From Podarcis muralis (lineage: Eukaryota), in NCBI RefSeq assembly GCF_964188315.1, contig NC_135662.1:61256001-61320000 (forward strand): a stretch of DNA of 64,000 bases, written 5' to 3'. The position numbers and the translations under genes were made by a program. Under the pieces are notes generated by a model. The model saw only the letters and a list, made by a program, of their open reading frames with translations. It ran no database searches and had not been told where the DNA came from. Below are positions 12,601 to 24,550 of this stretch, piece after piece (position 1 is the stretch's first letter; the number at the start of each line of letters is the position of its first letter).

Positions 12601-14560
12601 TCCAAGGCGCCTTTTTTAACCCTTACAGGGCCGGAGATTACATGTTCATGGAAATCTAAACCAAAATACATTGCCTCACCCAATCTAAAGCTCTTTTCTC
12701 CTTGCGTTAGCAAAAATTCAGAGGAGAATCTATTGCAGCTATCAAATTATGGGCTGATTTAACCCAGCCACTATCTGAAATACTTAACAGTGGTAATTTG
12801 GAAAGTCTCTCTCCATAGGACAACTGGATCCAATAAACTAGTATCTTGTTAAAGAGGTCAGCTTTGACAAATTAGCTTCAACTTGTAACAGGGAGGCTGG
12901 TTTACCATTTAGTACCTGAAATGTTCTCAAGTAATGATTTTGAATAGATTCAGCCCTTTAAATCCATGTCACTGCAGAGCTGTGCTCCATAGAAGAGCTG
13001 TCCCACTGGAAAAGGATTAAGAGAACTCTGTGTTTACTATTAAGGGAAATTTGTGGCAAAACTAACGAGTTAGGATTGGTTATTGATAGTTGCTGGAAGT
13101 AAACCATAAGGGAACATGAGATGCATAGGACTGCACTGAAATGTGTATGTAGCCCAATCCTCTGCATGTTTATGGCTTGTCAATTTCCACTGTAAGCAGA
13201 GTTCCAACCATAACATGGAGCAGAAAGAACTCTCATTATACACCTTGACTAAGGATATGCAGCAATGCAGATTTTTCTAAGTCAACTACACATTTAACAT
13301 TACACACGGGCAAGTAACACTACGGACACCTATTAGCATAAATGCCTACCAGTTAATTAAATTCAATCATCTCCCTCACATCGCAAAAGTCGGAGGTGTG
13401 GTAAGAGTTGTATGGAAGTTGTATGAAGCCAAGAATAACTTAGATCTTGAATGGGGAACCTATGTTCCTCCAGCTGTTGGACTCACCAGCTATTCTGGCC
13501 AGGGCCACATCTTCCTCAATCCTTATTATAAAGTATTCATTATCCCTCTGAAACACTTAAAAAGAAAAAATAAATTCCAGCCTGCTTCGATATGTGGCAT
13601 TTGCACACAATATTTTTTTTTGGGGGGGGGGGGGAGAGAAAGGTGCTTCGTATAATGAGCACAATGTCCAAAACAAGTTGATCAGTATGGCCTCAGGAAC
13701 AGTGTCACTTTGTATTTTTGCAGAGGAACAAGGAAAACTGCTCCACTCAAATCTCACATTCTCACAATAAGAATAAAGTAGTCTTACTCCTAAGGTGGGT
13801 CTAGGCCTGTAATGTGAATATTTTTTTCATCCCTTTGCTTTTGATCTTTACTGGCAGATTCACTTCCACAAAAACACAACTGCTTACTCTTGAGTGAATG
13901 GTGAAATCACGAAGGTTCATTTAAAGCTGTATCAGCTAGCCAATGGGATTTTCATGTTGAAAAGTCAGCCCAACTCTGGTTAGTATGTGGACTAAGGGGC
14001 AACAGTTATCTCCTTCGGGACCTGTTTGTAAATTTTGCCCTAGAATCTGGCCAGCCACCCCGGAGACAGTATGGGACTACACTGCCCTTTGTTCTTACTC
14101 AATTAATAATGCATTTGCTTACATCATTAGGAAAGCTTATGCAAACTACACAACAGCAACAAAATTAATCAAAGACCTAAGGTCCATCTAGTGCAGCACT
14201 GTCACCAGTCTTGACCAGCCAGGTAAAAGGACCACACCCACAAAGCCCCAACCCTACATTTTGGAAACTAGATCACATACTTAGTAAGGTAATGACAGGT
14301 TCCAACTGACATGTTTGCAGAAACAAAGTTTTATTATTTACATAAGCAAGTCTACTTTTAGACTAACTCTTTACATTTCCAGAATATTTACATGATTTCA
14401 AGATACCGAGTGATGAACAAAATGACAAAGGCCATCAAAGCATAGCAAAACAAAATCCAACACCGTGCTTAAAAACTTAGGATCCAAAGAAATGTTGAAG
14501 AAATGTCAATTTAGCACCTTGGTCGTAATAGTCATGCTATGGTGTTAACATAAGACACTT

Positions 14561-14701
<141 letters not shown>

Positions 14702-15351
14702 TTAAGCAAACAAAACATCAGTGAGCAAGGAATCAAGTAAAACAACTACCATATTGGGGGGGGGGGGACTTTGGAAAACAGTGTTACATAGCAGTGGGCT
14801 TCCACATGTACACCAGAATACTTTTTAACGAAGTTATATAAAGAATGCAACATTTGCATATTATGTTGTATCCTGCAGTAGCTACATTGCTGGAGAAAGA
14901 TTCTACACTGCATGAAATCTTATTTTTATGATGCTCATATTCAGTAAATTTCCTACAAAGCTTGGCTGCAGTGCTATACAAACTTACCTGGAGCAAGCTC
15001 TGTTAAACTTATTTCAAAGGATGAATGCAAAGGATTGTGTTTATCATGCTGGAGTGGGGAATCTGTTTCCATCTGAGGGCTGAATTCCCTCAAGAATAAC
15101 CTCCCTGGGACTAAATAGTGCTAGCATGGCAAAAGGCAAACAATGGCAATGGAGCAACAAATATGACACTACAGTACACTACTTTCCAGCTATGCAAAAG
15201 GCAGCTGTTCCCATGCCCACCACACATCTTTCCATCCTATGTCCAGATAAGCAAGAGACATCATCACAGTTCAAGGACACATTGCAACCAGACAAAAAAC
15301 ACTCAAGGACAGTACACAGCCTCGGAAATTTCCAAGGCCAAGGGCCTAAAG

Positions 15352-16080
15352 TAGGGGTCAGCAAACTTTTTCATCAGGGGGCCGGTCCACTGCCCCTCGG
15401 ACTTTGTGGGGGGCCGGACTGTATTTTGAAAAATATAAATACCCTGCAAGCCGGTCCCGCAGCTGCCTCCAGACCTAGAGGAGGAACATACTCTGCACGC
15501 GCTCAGGAGCGCGTCTCGGCAATGGCCGCTCACCGGCGTTGTTGACGAGCAGCAGCCGCTCCATCGGCCTGTCCCTGTGGAGTTCCTAGGCGGTGTGACC
15601 ACGCGTTGTGGCCCGTCGTCCGAGGCCAGGTCGGTGGGCAGGCCACGCAGCCCTCCAGCTGCTCCAGCGCGGCTGCCAAGTGCCCCACCAACAGCAGCGC
15701 CAAGCGGGCACCAGGTGCAGGGCTAGCAGGCGCGCCAAGCTCCAGCTGAAGCCCCATGACGCGCCCGTCACGATGCCCATGGCGCAGCCCAGACCTGCCG
15801 CCCGCTGGCCTCTCTGTCTATGACCACGCCGGGTTTACCTCAGTGCGCAGGCGGCAAGGCTTCGGATTGGCTGCAGGAACTTCCTGCAGCCAATCTGAAG
15901 ATGCGTCCGTGTCGCCGCCCGCCCAGAAGCCATGCCAGCGTTGCTGAAGTCAGTCCCCGCACGGCAAGACGTCTGCAGTGCGTGAGGACTGACCGGGTGG
16001 GCAGCAGGGTCCGTGGGCTGGATTTACGAGCCGGGGGGGGCGCCACATCTGGCCCCTGAACCGTAGTTTGCCAACCCCTG
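15352..16080. mobile_element. Non-autonomous hAT element carrying a captured gene fragment
   Basis: TIR taggggtcagcaaact...agtttgccaacccctg; perfect 8-bp TSD gcctaaag (15344-15351, 16081-16088); termini match the reverse complement of 1476-1784. Confidence 0.9.
15520..15825 (-). pseudogene. SPR: Captured, frameshifted fragment of sepiapterin reductase exon 1
   Basis: Three frameshifted blocks GLGCAMGIVTGASWGFSWSLARLLA, LPTDLASDDGPQRVV and MERLLLVNNAG followed by GTGAGC, versus human SPR [40 protein letters not shown] and LQRLLLINNAG. Confidence 0.85.
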
Positions 16081-16431
16081 GCCTAAAGGACCACTTTGAT
16101 TCACAGGAGTTTCCCACCCCTGCTGAAAACAACATTTCAGATATTTTCTTTGGAGAGCAGTACATTTTGCAGAATGGAAAAAAAAGGGGGGGACAACACC
16201 CAATTGTTATTTCCACTTACAGTGAGACTTACCCTTCCTCCACACACCCCTGCATACCCCTGAAATCTGCTTGAGGGTTGAGGGACCCTTTGGAGCAGAC
16301 TTGGGGTACAGGGGCTGCAGAGGGAGATAAGGAAGAAGAATTCCACTGCAACTGCTGACACAATGTTGGATCTCGCCTAACTAAGATGAGCATCAAAGTC
16401 CACTTGCTTGTACTAACAATATCAAAATTAC

Positions 16432-16474
16432 CTTCTGTTATTAGATCGTCATTCATAACCATAGCAGAGGTCTC
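16432..16474 (-). CDS. C6orf52: TRNAU1AP-like protein, penultimate exon
   Basis: CAG acceptor, ETSAMVMNDDLITE, donor GTAATT; 43 nt, phase 0 to 1, fits both neighbours. Confidence 0.8.
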
Positions 16475-16956
16475 CTGGGGGAGGAAAAACATGAATCATT
16501 TCTCTAAAGAAAAAACATCTATCTGCTATTTTTGAAAAAGGAAGCGTTAAAGCACAATTGCTATAAACATTGTAACCTGATCCTCAGCTTCTTCCTCCAC
16601 CCCCCTTTTTACCTTAAACTCACATAAAGTTAGTAATTTAATGCAACTGAGCTGAGCTATATTTTGAGTTTATTGCATTTCAGTATAATGGTGGACAAAC
16701 TCCAAGGGTTTGTCTCGTCTGAATATTACTCATGTTAAATAAGGACAATCAGTTAAAGAAAAGAATCAAGCAGAAACATGATCCATGAATACAGTATAGC
16801 TATAATCCTATATGGCTTGGGACCAAGTCTCACTGAACTGGACAGTACTTCACAGTAAACCTCTATACAATTGGTTACAAAAGTTCTTAAAGCCTAGACC
16901 TAGTTCAGCCAGCCCTCTCACTGTGTGTGTTTTAAAACAACACAAGTTTACAATTA

Positions 16957-17202
16957 CAATCATATCTCGGATTAAATATGCTTCAGGTTGAGTGTTTTCA
17001 GGTTGCGTTCCGTGGCGATCCGGAAGTAACGGAATGGGTTACTTCTGGGTTTCACCACTTGCGCATGCACAGAAGCTCAAAATGACGTCACGTGCAGAAG
17101 CGGCGAACTGCGACCCACGCACGCGCAGACATGGGTTGCGTTCTGCTCAGGATGCGAACGGGGCTCCGGAACGGATCCCGTTTGCATCCAGAGGTACCAC
17201 TG
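16957..17202. mobile_element. Tc1/mariner-type MITE
   Basis: Right TIR gaggtaccactg plus TA; left TIR degenerate (caatcatatctcgg). Confidence 0.65.
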
Positions 17203-17308
17203 TATTGACAGATGTTAAAAAGCACCCAACAGCCATATTTAAGGTATATAGCCATTATTTCTACCAATGACCTTGTAAAAAAGCATGTAAGTATGCTCAA
17301 GTGGATAC

Positions 17309-17705
17309 CTGAAATACAGCTGGATTCATAGCTTGCTGTCCCATATTTCCACTCTGTTGCATCCTTTCGTAAGATGCATAGCTGTAGTTGTAGTCATTAT
17401 ATTCAGCATTATAATCTCCATATTCAGCGTTATATTCTCCATATTCAGGGTAGTCACCGTAGCGGTCGGCAAAACGGGAACCAAAGCGCTCAGCATAACG
17501 TTCAGGAAAACGGTCCCCAAATTGTTCAGGGTAACGTTCAGGAAAACGGTCCCCAAAACGGTTACCTCGTTCAAAACGGTCAGGGCGTTCGTAGCGATCA
17601 AAGCGTTCATTTCTCTCATAATTATACTGGCGGTAGTAGTTTTGATAGTCTTGATAATAATCATTATAACTATAGGGCTGGTACCGCTGAAATTCTGCTT
17701 TCAAT
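17309..17705 (-). CDS. C6orf52: TRNAU1AP-like protein, Tyr/Arg-rich exon
   Basis: LKAEFQRYQPYSYNDYYQDYQNYY matches TRNAU1AP YSYSYNQYYQQYQNYY; 397 nt, phase 2 to 0, AG/GT ends. Confidence 0.9.
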
Positions 17706-18057
17706 CTAAAACACAAGGCAAAAAAAAAAAAAAAGAGTACAAGTTATCTAAAGCATGAAATAAAACCAATCATGCCATGGAAAGTCTAGCAAAAAGTCTA
17801 GCAAAAACCACATTCCCTAGAAAAAGTTAACCTGAATACAGGGTTGAATCATAGTGCTAGGTCTCTTCTTCCATCTGTTCAAGGATTTTTCCTAGCGCAA
17901 TGGAACATTCTCTCCCTCCTAATTACCCATGGCCCCAATTTGTACTGGGGTTCCTCCAACTTACAGGAACAGATTTGGGGAAGGTGCATGGCGTACACAG
18001 AGGGAGAAAAGGGGGGAACGTCCTATTGTGCAAGCGGAAACCCTGAAAATATTTCAA

Positions 18058-18127
18058 GAAGAAGAAAGAAGAAGAAGAAGAAGAAGAAGAAGAAGAAGAA
18101 GAAGAAGAAGAAGAAGAAGAAGAAGAA
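18058..18127 (+). repeat. (GAA)n microsatellite
   Basis: About 20 pure units at 18068-18127 plus 3 upstream units. Confidence 0.95.
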
Positions 18128-18298
18128 TGAAGAATCATGGCCTGGCTGTTTATGTTGTAATAATTATGCTGTTTATTAGAAAGAAAAGCATGAAGATGTT
18201 GACAATTATGCAAAAACAAAACAAAAATAGCCCTAGGCTCCAGAGTAGTCATATACAAATGATGTGTTTGTAAGAGATTAGTAAACTTCATGAGTTAC

Positions 18299-18418
18299 CT
18301 TTTAGAAATGCCTAAAGTCAATCGAATTCGTTTTCCACCTAGACCAGGCGCATTCTGACAATCTTGCAATGCTCTCATCATATCACCTTCTTCAGAAAAT
18401 CGGACAAAGCCATAACCC
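18299..18418 (-). CDS. C6orf52: TRNAU1AP-like protein, RRM2 second exon (RNP1)
   Basis: RGYGFVRFSEEGDMMRALQDCQNAPGLGGKRIRL matches [34 protein letters not shown]; 120 nt, phase 2 to 2. Confidence 0.93.
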
Positions 18419-18998
18419 CTAAATAGTTTTAATACACATTTTAGTACATGTTCTAACACTCGCAAAGAAACAGAAAACATTCTATTAATATTCAACTCAG
18501 CAATTTAGTGCTGCAACTCATCAAGTTTACAATTTCTTTCCCTGGGTGTTCTCACCACACTTCTGGGATATCCCCCCAGGAATCTCTTTCAGAATGATTT
18601 GTTAGGGTGTTAGGGTTTGACAAAATAAATCAGAATACTATTTATTTCAAATTTTATCAAACCCTAACACCAGCATAAACTGAAATTACTTAGCCTCTAA
18701 TAATCATGTTTTTTCATAGGTTCTTCGTGCTTACTAAGTTAAATATTATCTAAGTAAGTCACTGGTCATGAAATGACACCCAAAAAATTGGTTACTGCAT
18801 CATTGGTGGACTCCTAGATTTCCAATGGTCAGTCAAATAAATTCCATTCCAAAAAATGTTAGCTGCAGAATACTTCTCTTTGCCACCTGTAAAATGGAGA
18901 CATCTTATCATTCTCCTTACACTTGATTTTGATTAATGTTATCTTCCTTTCCTTATTAAATGCAACATGTGCACTTAAGATATGCAACTTCATAAATA

Positions 18999-19308
18999 CA
19001 GTGGTGCCCTGCAAGACGAATGCCTCGCAAGACGGAAAACCCGCTAGACGAAAGGGTTTTCCGTTTTTGAGTTGCTTCGCAAGACGATTTCCCCTATGGG
19101 CTTGCTTCGCAAGACGAAAACGTCTTGCGAGTCTTGCGATTTTTTTCTGCCCCCCCCCCTTCTCTAAACCGCTAAGCCTTTAATAGCCGCTAAGCCGCTA
19201 AACCACTAATAGCGCTAATCCGCTAATAGGGTTGCTTCGCAAGACGAAAAAACCGCTAGACGAAGAGACTCGCGGAACGGATTATTTTCGTCTTGCGAGG
19301 CACCACTG
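18999..19308. mobile_element. Tc1/mariner (Tigger-like) MITE
   Basis: cagtggtgccctgcaagacg...cgtcttgcgaggcaccactg with TA flanks. Confidence 0.85.
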
Positions 19309-19663
19309 TAGTTCAAGAATAGTTCAAAAAACTACTCTCGTTTGTTATATGATCATATAGAGCTATGACGTATTAAATCTGGATCATATCAGGTTTCTCA
19401 AACTACAGCAGACCTCTCTATGTAAGTGTAAGCACTCACTAAGCACTGCAGCTCTGAATTTCCCTCCCGAACATGCTACTTTTCCATTGAGATACCAGGT
19501 TCACACTATGAGAAGACTGAACACCATTTGTCTATCTTCTCTCTTCTTATTGGAGAATCCACATTTGTTTCTTGATGTGCAGAGCTCACTACGAAAAGCT
19601 TTTGAGCGCCTCAGTTGTACACTGTTTGTTACCACCAATGCTTTTTGTTCTGTAATAAGTTAC

Positions 19664-19840
19664 CTGGAATATCCCAGCAGATCTGTGGCCACTTTGCAGT
19701 CTACAGAAGATGGATACCTTTTGAAAAAGTAGTCATAGAGCAAGAAATCATCCACCTCGGGAGTTAACTCTCCTACAAATATTGCAAATTCTGGCCTTGT
19801 AAATTCTGGCCTAACAAATTCTTGCCTTGGAAATTCTGGC
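19664..19840 (-). CDS. C6orf52: TRNAU1AP-like protein, RRM2 first exon (RNP2)
   Basis: PEFAIFVGELTPEVDDFLLYDYFFKRYPS matches [29 protein letters not shown]; 177 nt, phase 2 to 2. Confidence 0.93.
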
Positions 19841-19948
19841 CTGTAAGAAATGTAAAGAAAAAATACAATTAGTAGTCTTGCAGTAAAAGCCTCAGGGCCC
19901 TGTATCCACTAGGTTACTTTCCAGAGTGTATGCCACTCAAATACCTAC

Positions 19949-19995
19949 CTAGGATTGATCCAGCCAATACTTGTTTGTCCTTGTCCATGGTGCAT
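19949..19995 (-). CDS. C6orf52: Candidate first coding segment MHHGQGQTSIGWINP(R)
   Basis: Only ATG-initiated phase-2 segment found, with donor GTAGGT 108 nt upstream of the RRM2 exon; would give a 306-aa protein; weak Kozak context and no homology support. Confidence 0.4.
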
Positions 19996-22900
19996 TCACG
20001 GGCACCATGCACAGAAGCAATTATCTTGATCATGTCTGAGCAACAATCCTCAAACCACTTTTCTGAAACTCGGCTTCAGACCAAACTGTCCGAGAGGCTG
20101 CTCCCCCAACACAAACCACCTTTCCAAACCACCCAAGTGAAAAATATTTACTATACTATTAAATCCATGAAAGAGGTCAATTGCCTCCTCCAAAATAAAG
20201 TTAAGCAGTACTTTTAAGCAGCTTGTGGGTTTTTATTAGCCTTCTCTGCTTTCGGATTCAAGATAGCAGTTCTCAAAGCTTAGTCCAAAGCAACCCTGCT
20301 AGCGTCCATGAGCGAAGAGTCAATATTTTGGGTGGAATTCACTCTAGCACCAAAGAGAATGTTCTGTCAGCACAAGCATTTATATGTGTTTTGTTGGGCA
20401 AGCTACACTATCCTCCTGCCATGTGCTGTTCTGGGGGTTCCCCAGACCCTCCAGAGAGGATTTAGGGAAGGCATGGGGGAGCAGCCATGTTGCTCTAATG
20501 GGAGTCCTTGCACTGGCTTCCACTACCAGAAGGGGCAATTAAATCCAGCCCTTTATTTTCTTCACTGTTACCTCACTAACATCAAGAGATATCAAGCTTA
20601 CAAAATAATGTGATTCAACTTATATGGCCAAGCAGAGGCACATATTCAACTGATGCAGAAAAGAACTAAAATTAATAAAGTTTTTTCTGCAGCTCGAACT
20701 AGTTATTAATTTTATCTATTTTGTTATTACTGTTGCCTTCTCCCATAGCTGTGGCTTGAATCATTTGGAGCCTTCTGCTCTGCAAGCGCCTTTCATGTTC
20801 TCTGTTAGCGCACAGCACTAGCTGGGTAATATGTAAAGAGGGCTGATATCTAGGAAATCTTGCATAAACAGCAAAAAGATGGACCTATGATTCTGCTTCT
20901 TCTAGCTCTAGAACTCTAATCCTAAACTCTACATTTATATTCCCACTTGAAATAGGGAGAATGAACGTGACGGAAATATCATTAACATTAGCAAGCATGG
21001 ATGAGATTAAGCAAACAACACCCCAAAATGCTGTAATATTCAGCATGAGTTGCTTTGAGCAAGTGGGGCATATTCTAAAAAAAAATTGCGCAGCCCTTTT
21101 TCCAGCAACATTGATCAGAGAATGCCAATACACTTTACATATATCGTACCTACATATATTAGTCAAAAGCTAAGTATGAAAGAATCTTCAAGTAGCTTTA
21201 TAGATAGTTATCCTGACAAACGGACACCAGTTGCAAGTATTTAACTAACTGTGGACAATATTATCATAATATAGTTTGGCTCTAATTACAGACCAGATTC
21301 TCTCTTGTTCTATGACCTCATTAAAAATAAAACTGAGTTTGTGGAAATGAATGGGGCTTGTCACTATCCCACGGCGAGGTGGGCTTCAAATTTATATCCA
21401 AAGTGTAATGCTATTAATACTTTGTAGTGCCAAGGTACGTTTACTGCCTTTCTAGCCACTGAGATGGCTGTTGTGATTTTATTCAACATGTGCCCTCCAA
21501 GATGAATACAGTACATGGTAAAACCTTAAGCATCAAAAGGTAAACATGGTACAAAAGATAAAGCAGATCTCAAATGACACTGCGAAATAATCAAAAAACC
21601 TTTTGAGAAGCAGGGAACAAACCAACAGGGTACAATACTTGTGTATATTCTGGATGTCTACCATCAGCCGTATCAGCTTTCATGCTGAGCACAGAATTCT
21701 CCCGATAGTCTTGGAACCGTTGCCTGAAGCCTTTTAACTTGTTTCACCTTAATTACAAGTTCATATCCACTGGGCCTTTGAAAGCTACTAAATAAACACC
21801 TCCATTAAAACTGGCTTATTTCTTTATTTAACTTTACAAAATATTTTTTTTCAGAACAGCCTAATGAGGGTTGTTGTTTTTTTGTTAATTTCGTGCTATT
21901 TGATTTAAATACTATTATATGGACAAGAGCCGGCTTTTTTCTTGTCAGTTTCAAGGTTTCTTCACCTGCTTGGAATACTAGTAAAATCTGGTCTTCCTGC
22001 TCTTGCTTTACTCTTTTTCTTCCGTTTTTTGTGGGGGGATCTCCACCACAGAGGCAGGCTTTCTTTTTTGGCCTTTCCCACTGTATCCTGCTAGAATGAA
22101 AAACAGTTATACAGTATTTCATCTCAATTAAATGCCTCCCTCCCTCTCCCGATCACCACCTTGGTGATTTCCCCATATTCACCTTTCCCTTGACAGAAGC
22201 CTGGGGTCCCATCTCTCCCTCCGCCTCCCATGAGGGAAAGCAGCCTCTGGGGAAAATGCCTGGCAAAAATAACAGAGCCAAAGGATTGTATGAAAAGCCA
22301 TATTCCCCTGACTTGGTCAAGCTGGCTATAGGAGTAACTGCTTTTCACGCCAACATTTTGACTCCCCTCGGTTTCCTTAATTTAAAAAAAAAAGTTAACC
22401 ATTAGAGGCTGACCAAGCATGAAATTTAAGACTTGCTTTTACAACAGGACCCTGCTTTAGATCTCTCCAAGACTTGCCCAGAGACGCTACAGCAGAAAGA
22501 GGTCCAGTGTATGAGATGCAGGGCCAGGTCACCAATTATTATTTTTAACCTAAAAGGGGTTTTGGGCTCTTCTCTGAGATATTGATCAACACTGCCAGGT
22601 ATTGGCCACTATCTCAGGGCAACTGTCTGGGGTAGACTGAATCTAAAGCGCAGCCAAAGGAGCTGACGTCAAGTTTTTACACTAGCAACATGCAAGTGAA
22701 AAAAAATGCCACATCCAAAAAAAGAAACCAGCAGAGGCAGTTATATGGGAAGGAAAAGGGAAGGAGGCGGCAGTCGACCAGATAACAAAGGCAATATCCC
22801 TCACCATCCCTCACCATCGGGATAGAGATTAAACATTTTCATTTAAGGTTTACTTACATGGATGGTATCATTTCACTTCTAGCGCACCAGTTCAGGCATC

Positions 22901-23852
22901 CTAAATAGTGTGTGTTATAGGAATGTCCCACCACAAGATCTCACTGTGCAACAGTGCAGAAAGCAAAGCTTCTTGTTCTGCCCCCAAGCTGCTTCAGTTG
23001 ACGTGATTAAGGATTCCACAGCAGGGGAGAACAATCTGTCAGAAATTCATCTGAGGAAAGCATAGGGCTAAAACCCACCACCACCGCCACTCCTCCCCCA
23101 GAAATCCTTGCTTAAGTTTGACATTTGCCAATGGCTCTGACCATGGCTAATGTCTTCCCCTAAGGAGCTATGAATGTGGTGTCATTCTCATAAAATGGTC
23201 TTACCTGGCTAGCCATTGTTAAAAATTATCTTCAGAAGAAAAATACGCCGCGGCTGCTCTTTTTGATGCTCTGTTTTTTATAAAAAAAGAAAAGAAATGT
23301 GTAAGATTTTTTTAAAATGAAAAATAATCTGCCTTTAATTGCAGGACTGCTGCAAATATAACCTAATGACCACTTAGATTTTGTGGAATTCCTTCCTTGA
23401 GGAATATAACAGTGACCAAGAAGAATAGTAGTTACAGGTGAAATTCAAATCCAAGTCCATCAACCTTCTGGAACAGATTTTCCAGACACGTGAACAGGGA
23501 GGAGGAGAGGAAGAAGTCACACTGGAAAGTGGAAGCTCATTTTTGCTGGCAGATGGACACTGTTAGAATATCACCCAATTTGTTTAGATTTTGTACATCT
23601 TGGCCTTGACATTGAAAAACAATTTGATGGAAGAGTATACTTTTTTGAAATGAGTAGTTTACCACAACATTTAAGGTTTATTAATTTTATGAAATTAATA
23701 ATTTCTCTACCAACTTTCAACACTGAAGTGCACTTAAGGAAACTCATAATAAAACTACAATTAATAAAATCATGAATGAGGCCTAGTTTGACTTTTCCTG
23801 CCTGGTGAGGACACAGAAAGTATACTAGTTAGAGAAAACCCACCAAACCCAC

Positions 23853-23952
23853 GAGTGTCTATCAGAAGTACCAGATTAAGAAGCATCCCTAAGATGCAAA
23901 CTTGTTGCTTCAAGATAAATACAACTCTACATGGGTATAGTCTCCTCCCAAC
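23853..23952 (-). pseudogene. Vestige of ancestral TRNAU1AP exon 3 (RRM1)
   Basis: Strong acceptor ttttcag, exactly 100 nt, donor GTGGGT; ancestral frame LGGDYTHVEL versus IPAGYCFVEF, then stop codons. Confidence 0.5.
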
Positions 23953-24503
23953 CTGAAAATTAAAGAAAAACACATTCCCCCTTTTTTTAGGGTATGCTGT
24001 GCCCTTTATTTTTTTTTAAATTCTGTGTTTGCCAAATTAACCAAAGCAATATAGTTATAAATTATACCTTTATGTGCAGTGTCTACATTAGGACAAAATT
24101 AGTTTGGAAGTACTACATTCTATGTCAAACTATAATGGTACCTTTGTTCCCAAGGTACAAGAGCAAATCAAATCTGTAGATCAGCAATGCAAAATGTAAA
24201 ATATGCAATCAGGAAGCTAATATATTGCTCTACTTACAAGATTGCTGACAGACATAGCATCTTTCAAGACATGCAAATAACATGTTCTACAACTAGTTCT
24301 TCGAGCGGAATAATTTCAACTTACCAGTCAGTGTCTTCTACACAAACTGCCAAATAAAAATAACTCTGGATGCAGAAGATGGAGAGTACCAAAGTAAGGT
24401 GTCATCCAAAGTATTTCGAATTCCAAGTATCTTATGAATTCACAACTATTTTTGGTACTTTCTTCCTCCACGATTGCTAAACAACCTATGTTTTCACTAC
24501 AAT

Positions 24504-24504
<1 letters not shown>

Positions 24505-24550
<46 letters not shown>
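24505..24550 (+). repeat. (AAAG)n microsatellite
   Basis: About 11 tandem units. Confidence 0.95.

Noticed and set aside
17326-17758. Three extra ORFs (112, 141 and 111 aa) overlapping the Tyr/Arg-rich exon
   Set aside because: Shadow frames of an in-frame tandem repeat; no independent homology.
17844-18291. Poly-K, poly-R and poly-S ORFs
   Set aside because: Translations of the (GAA)n microsatellite.
24380-24412. LWMTPYF resembling the TRNAU1AP start LWMGDLEPY
   Set aside because: The ancestral motif is split by an intron, so a contiguous match is probably coincidental.
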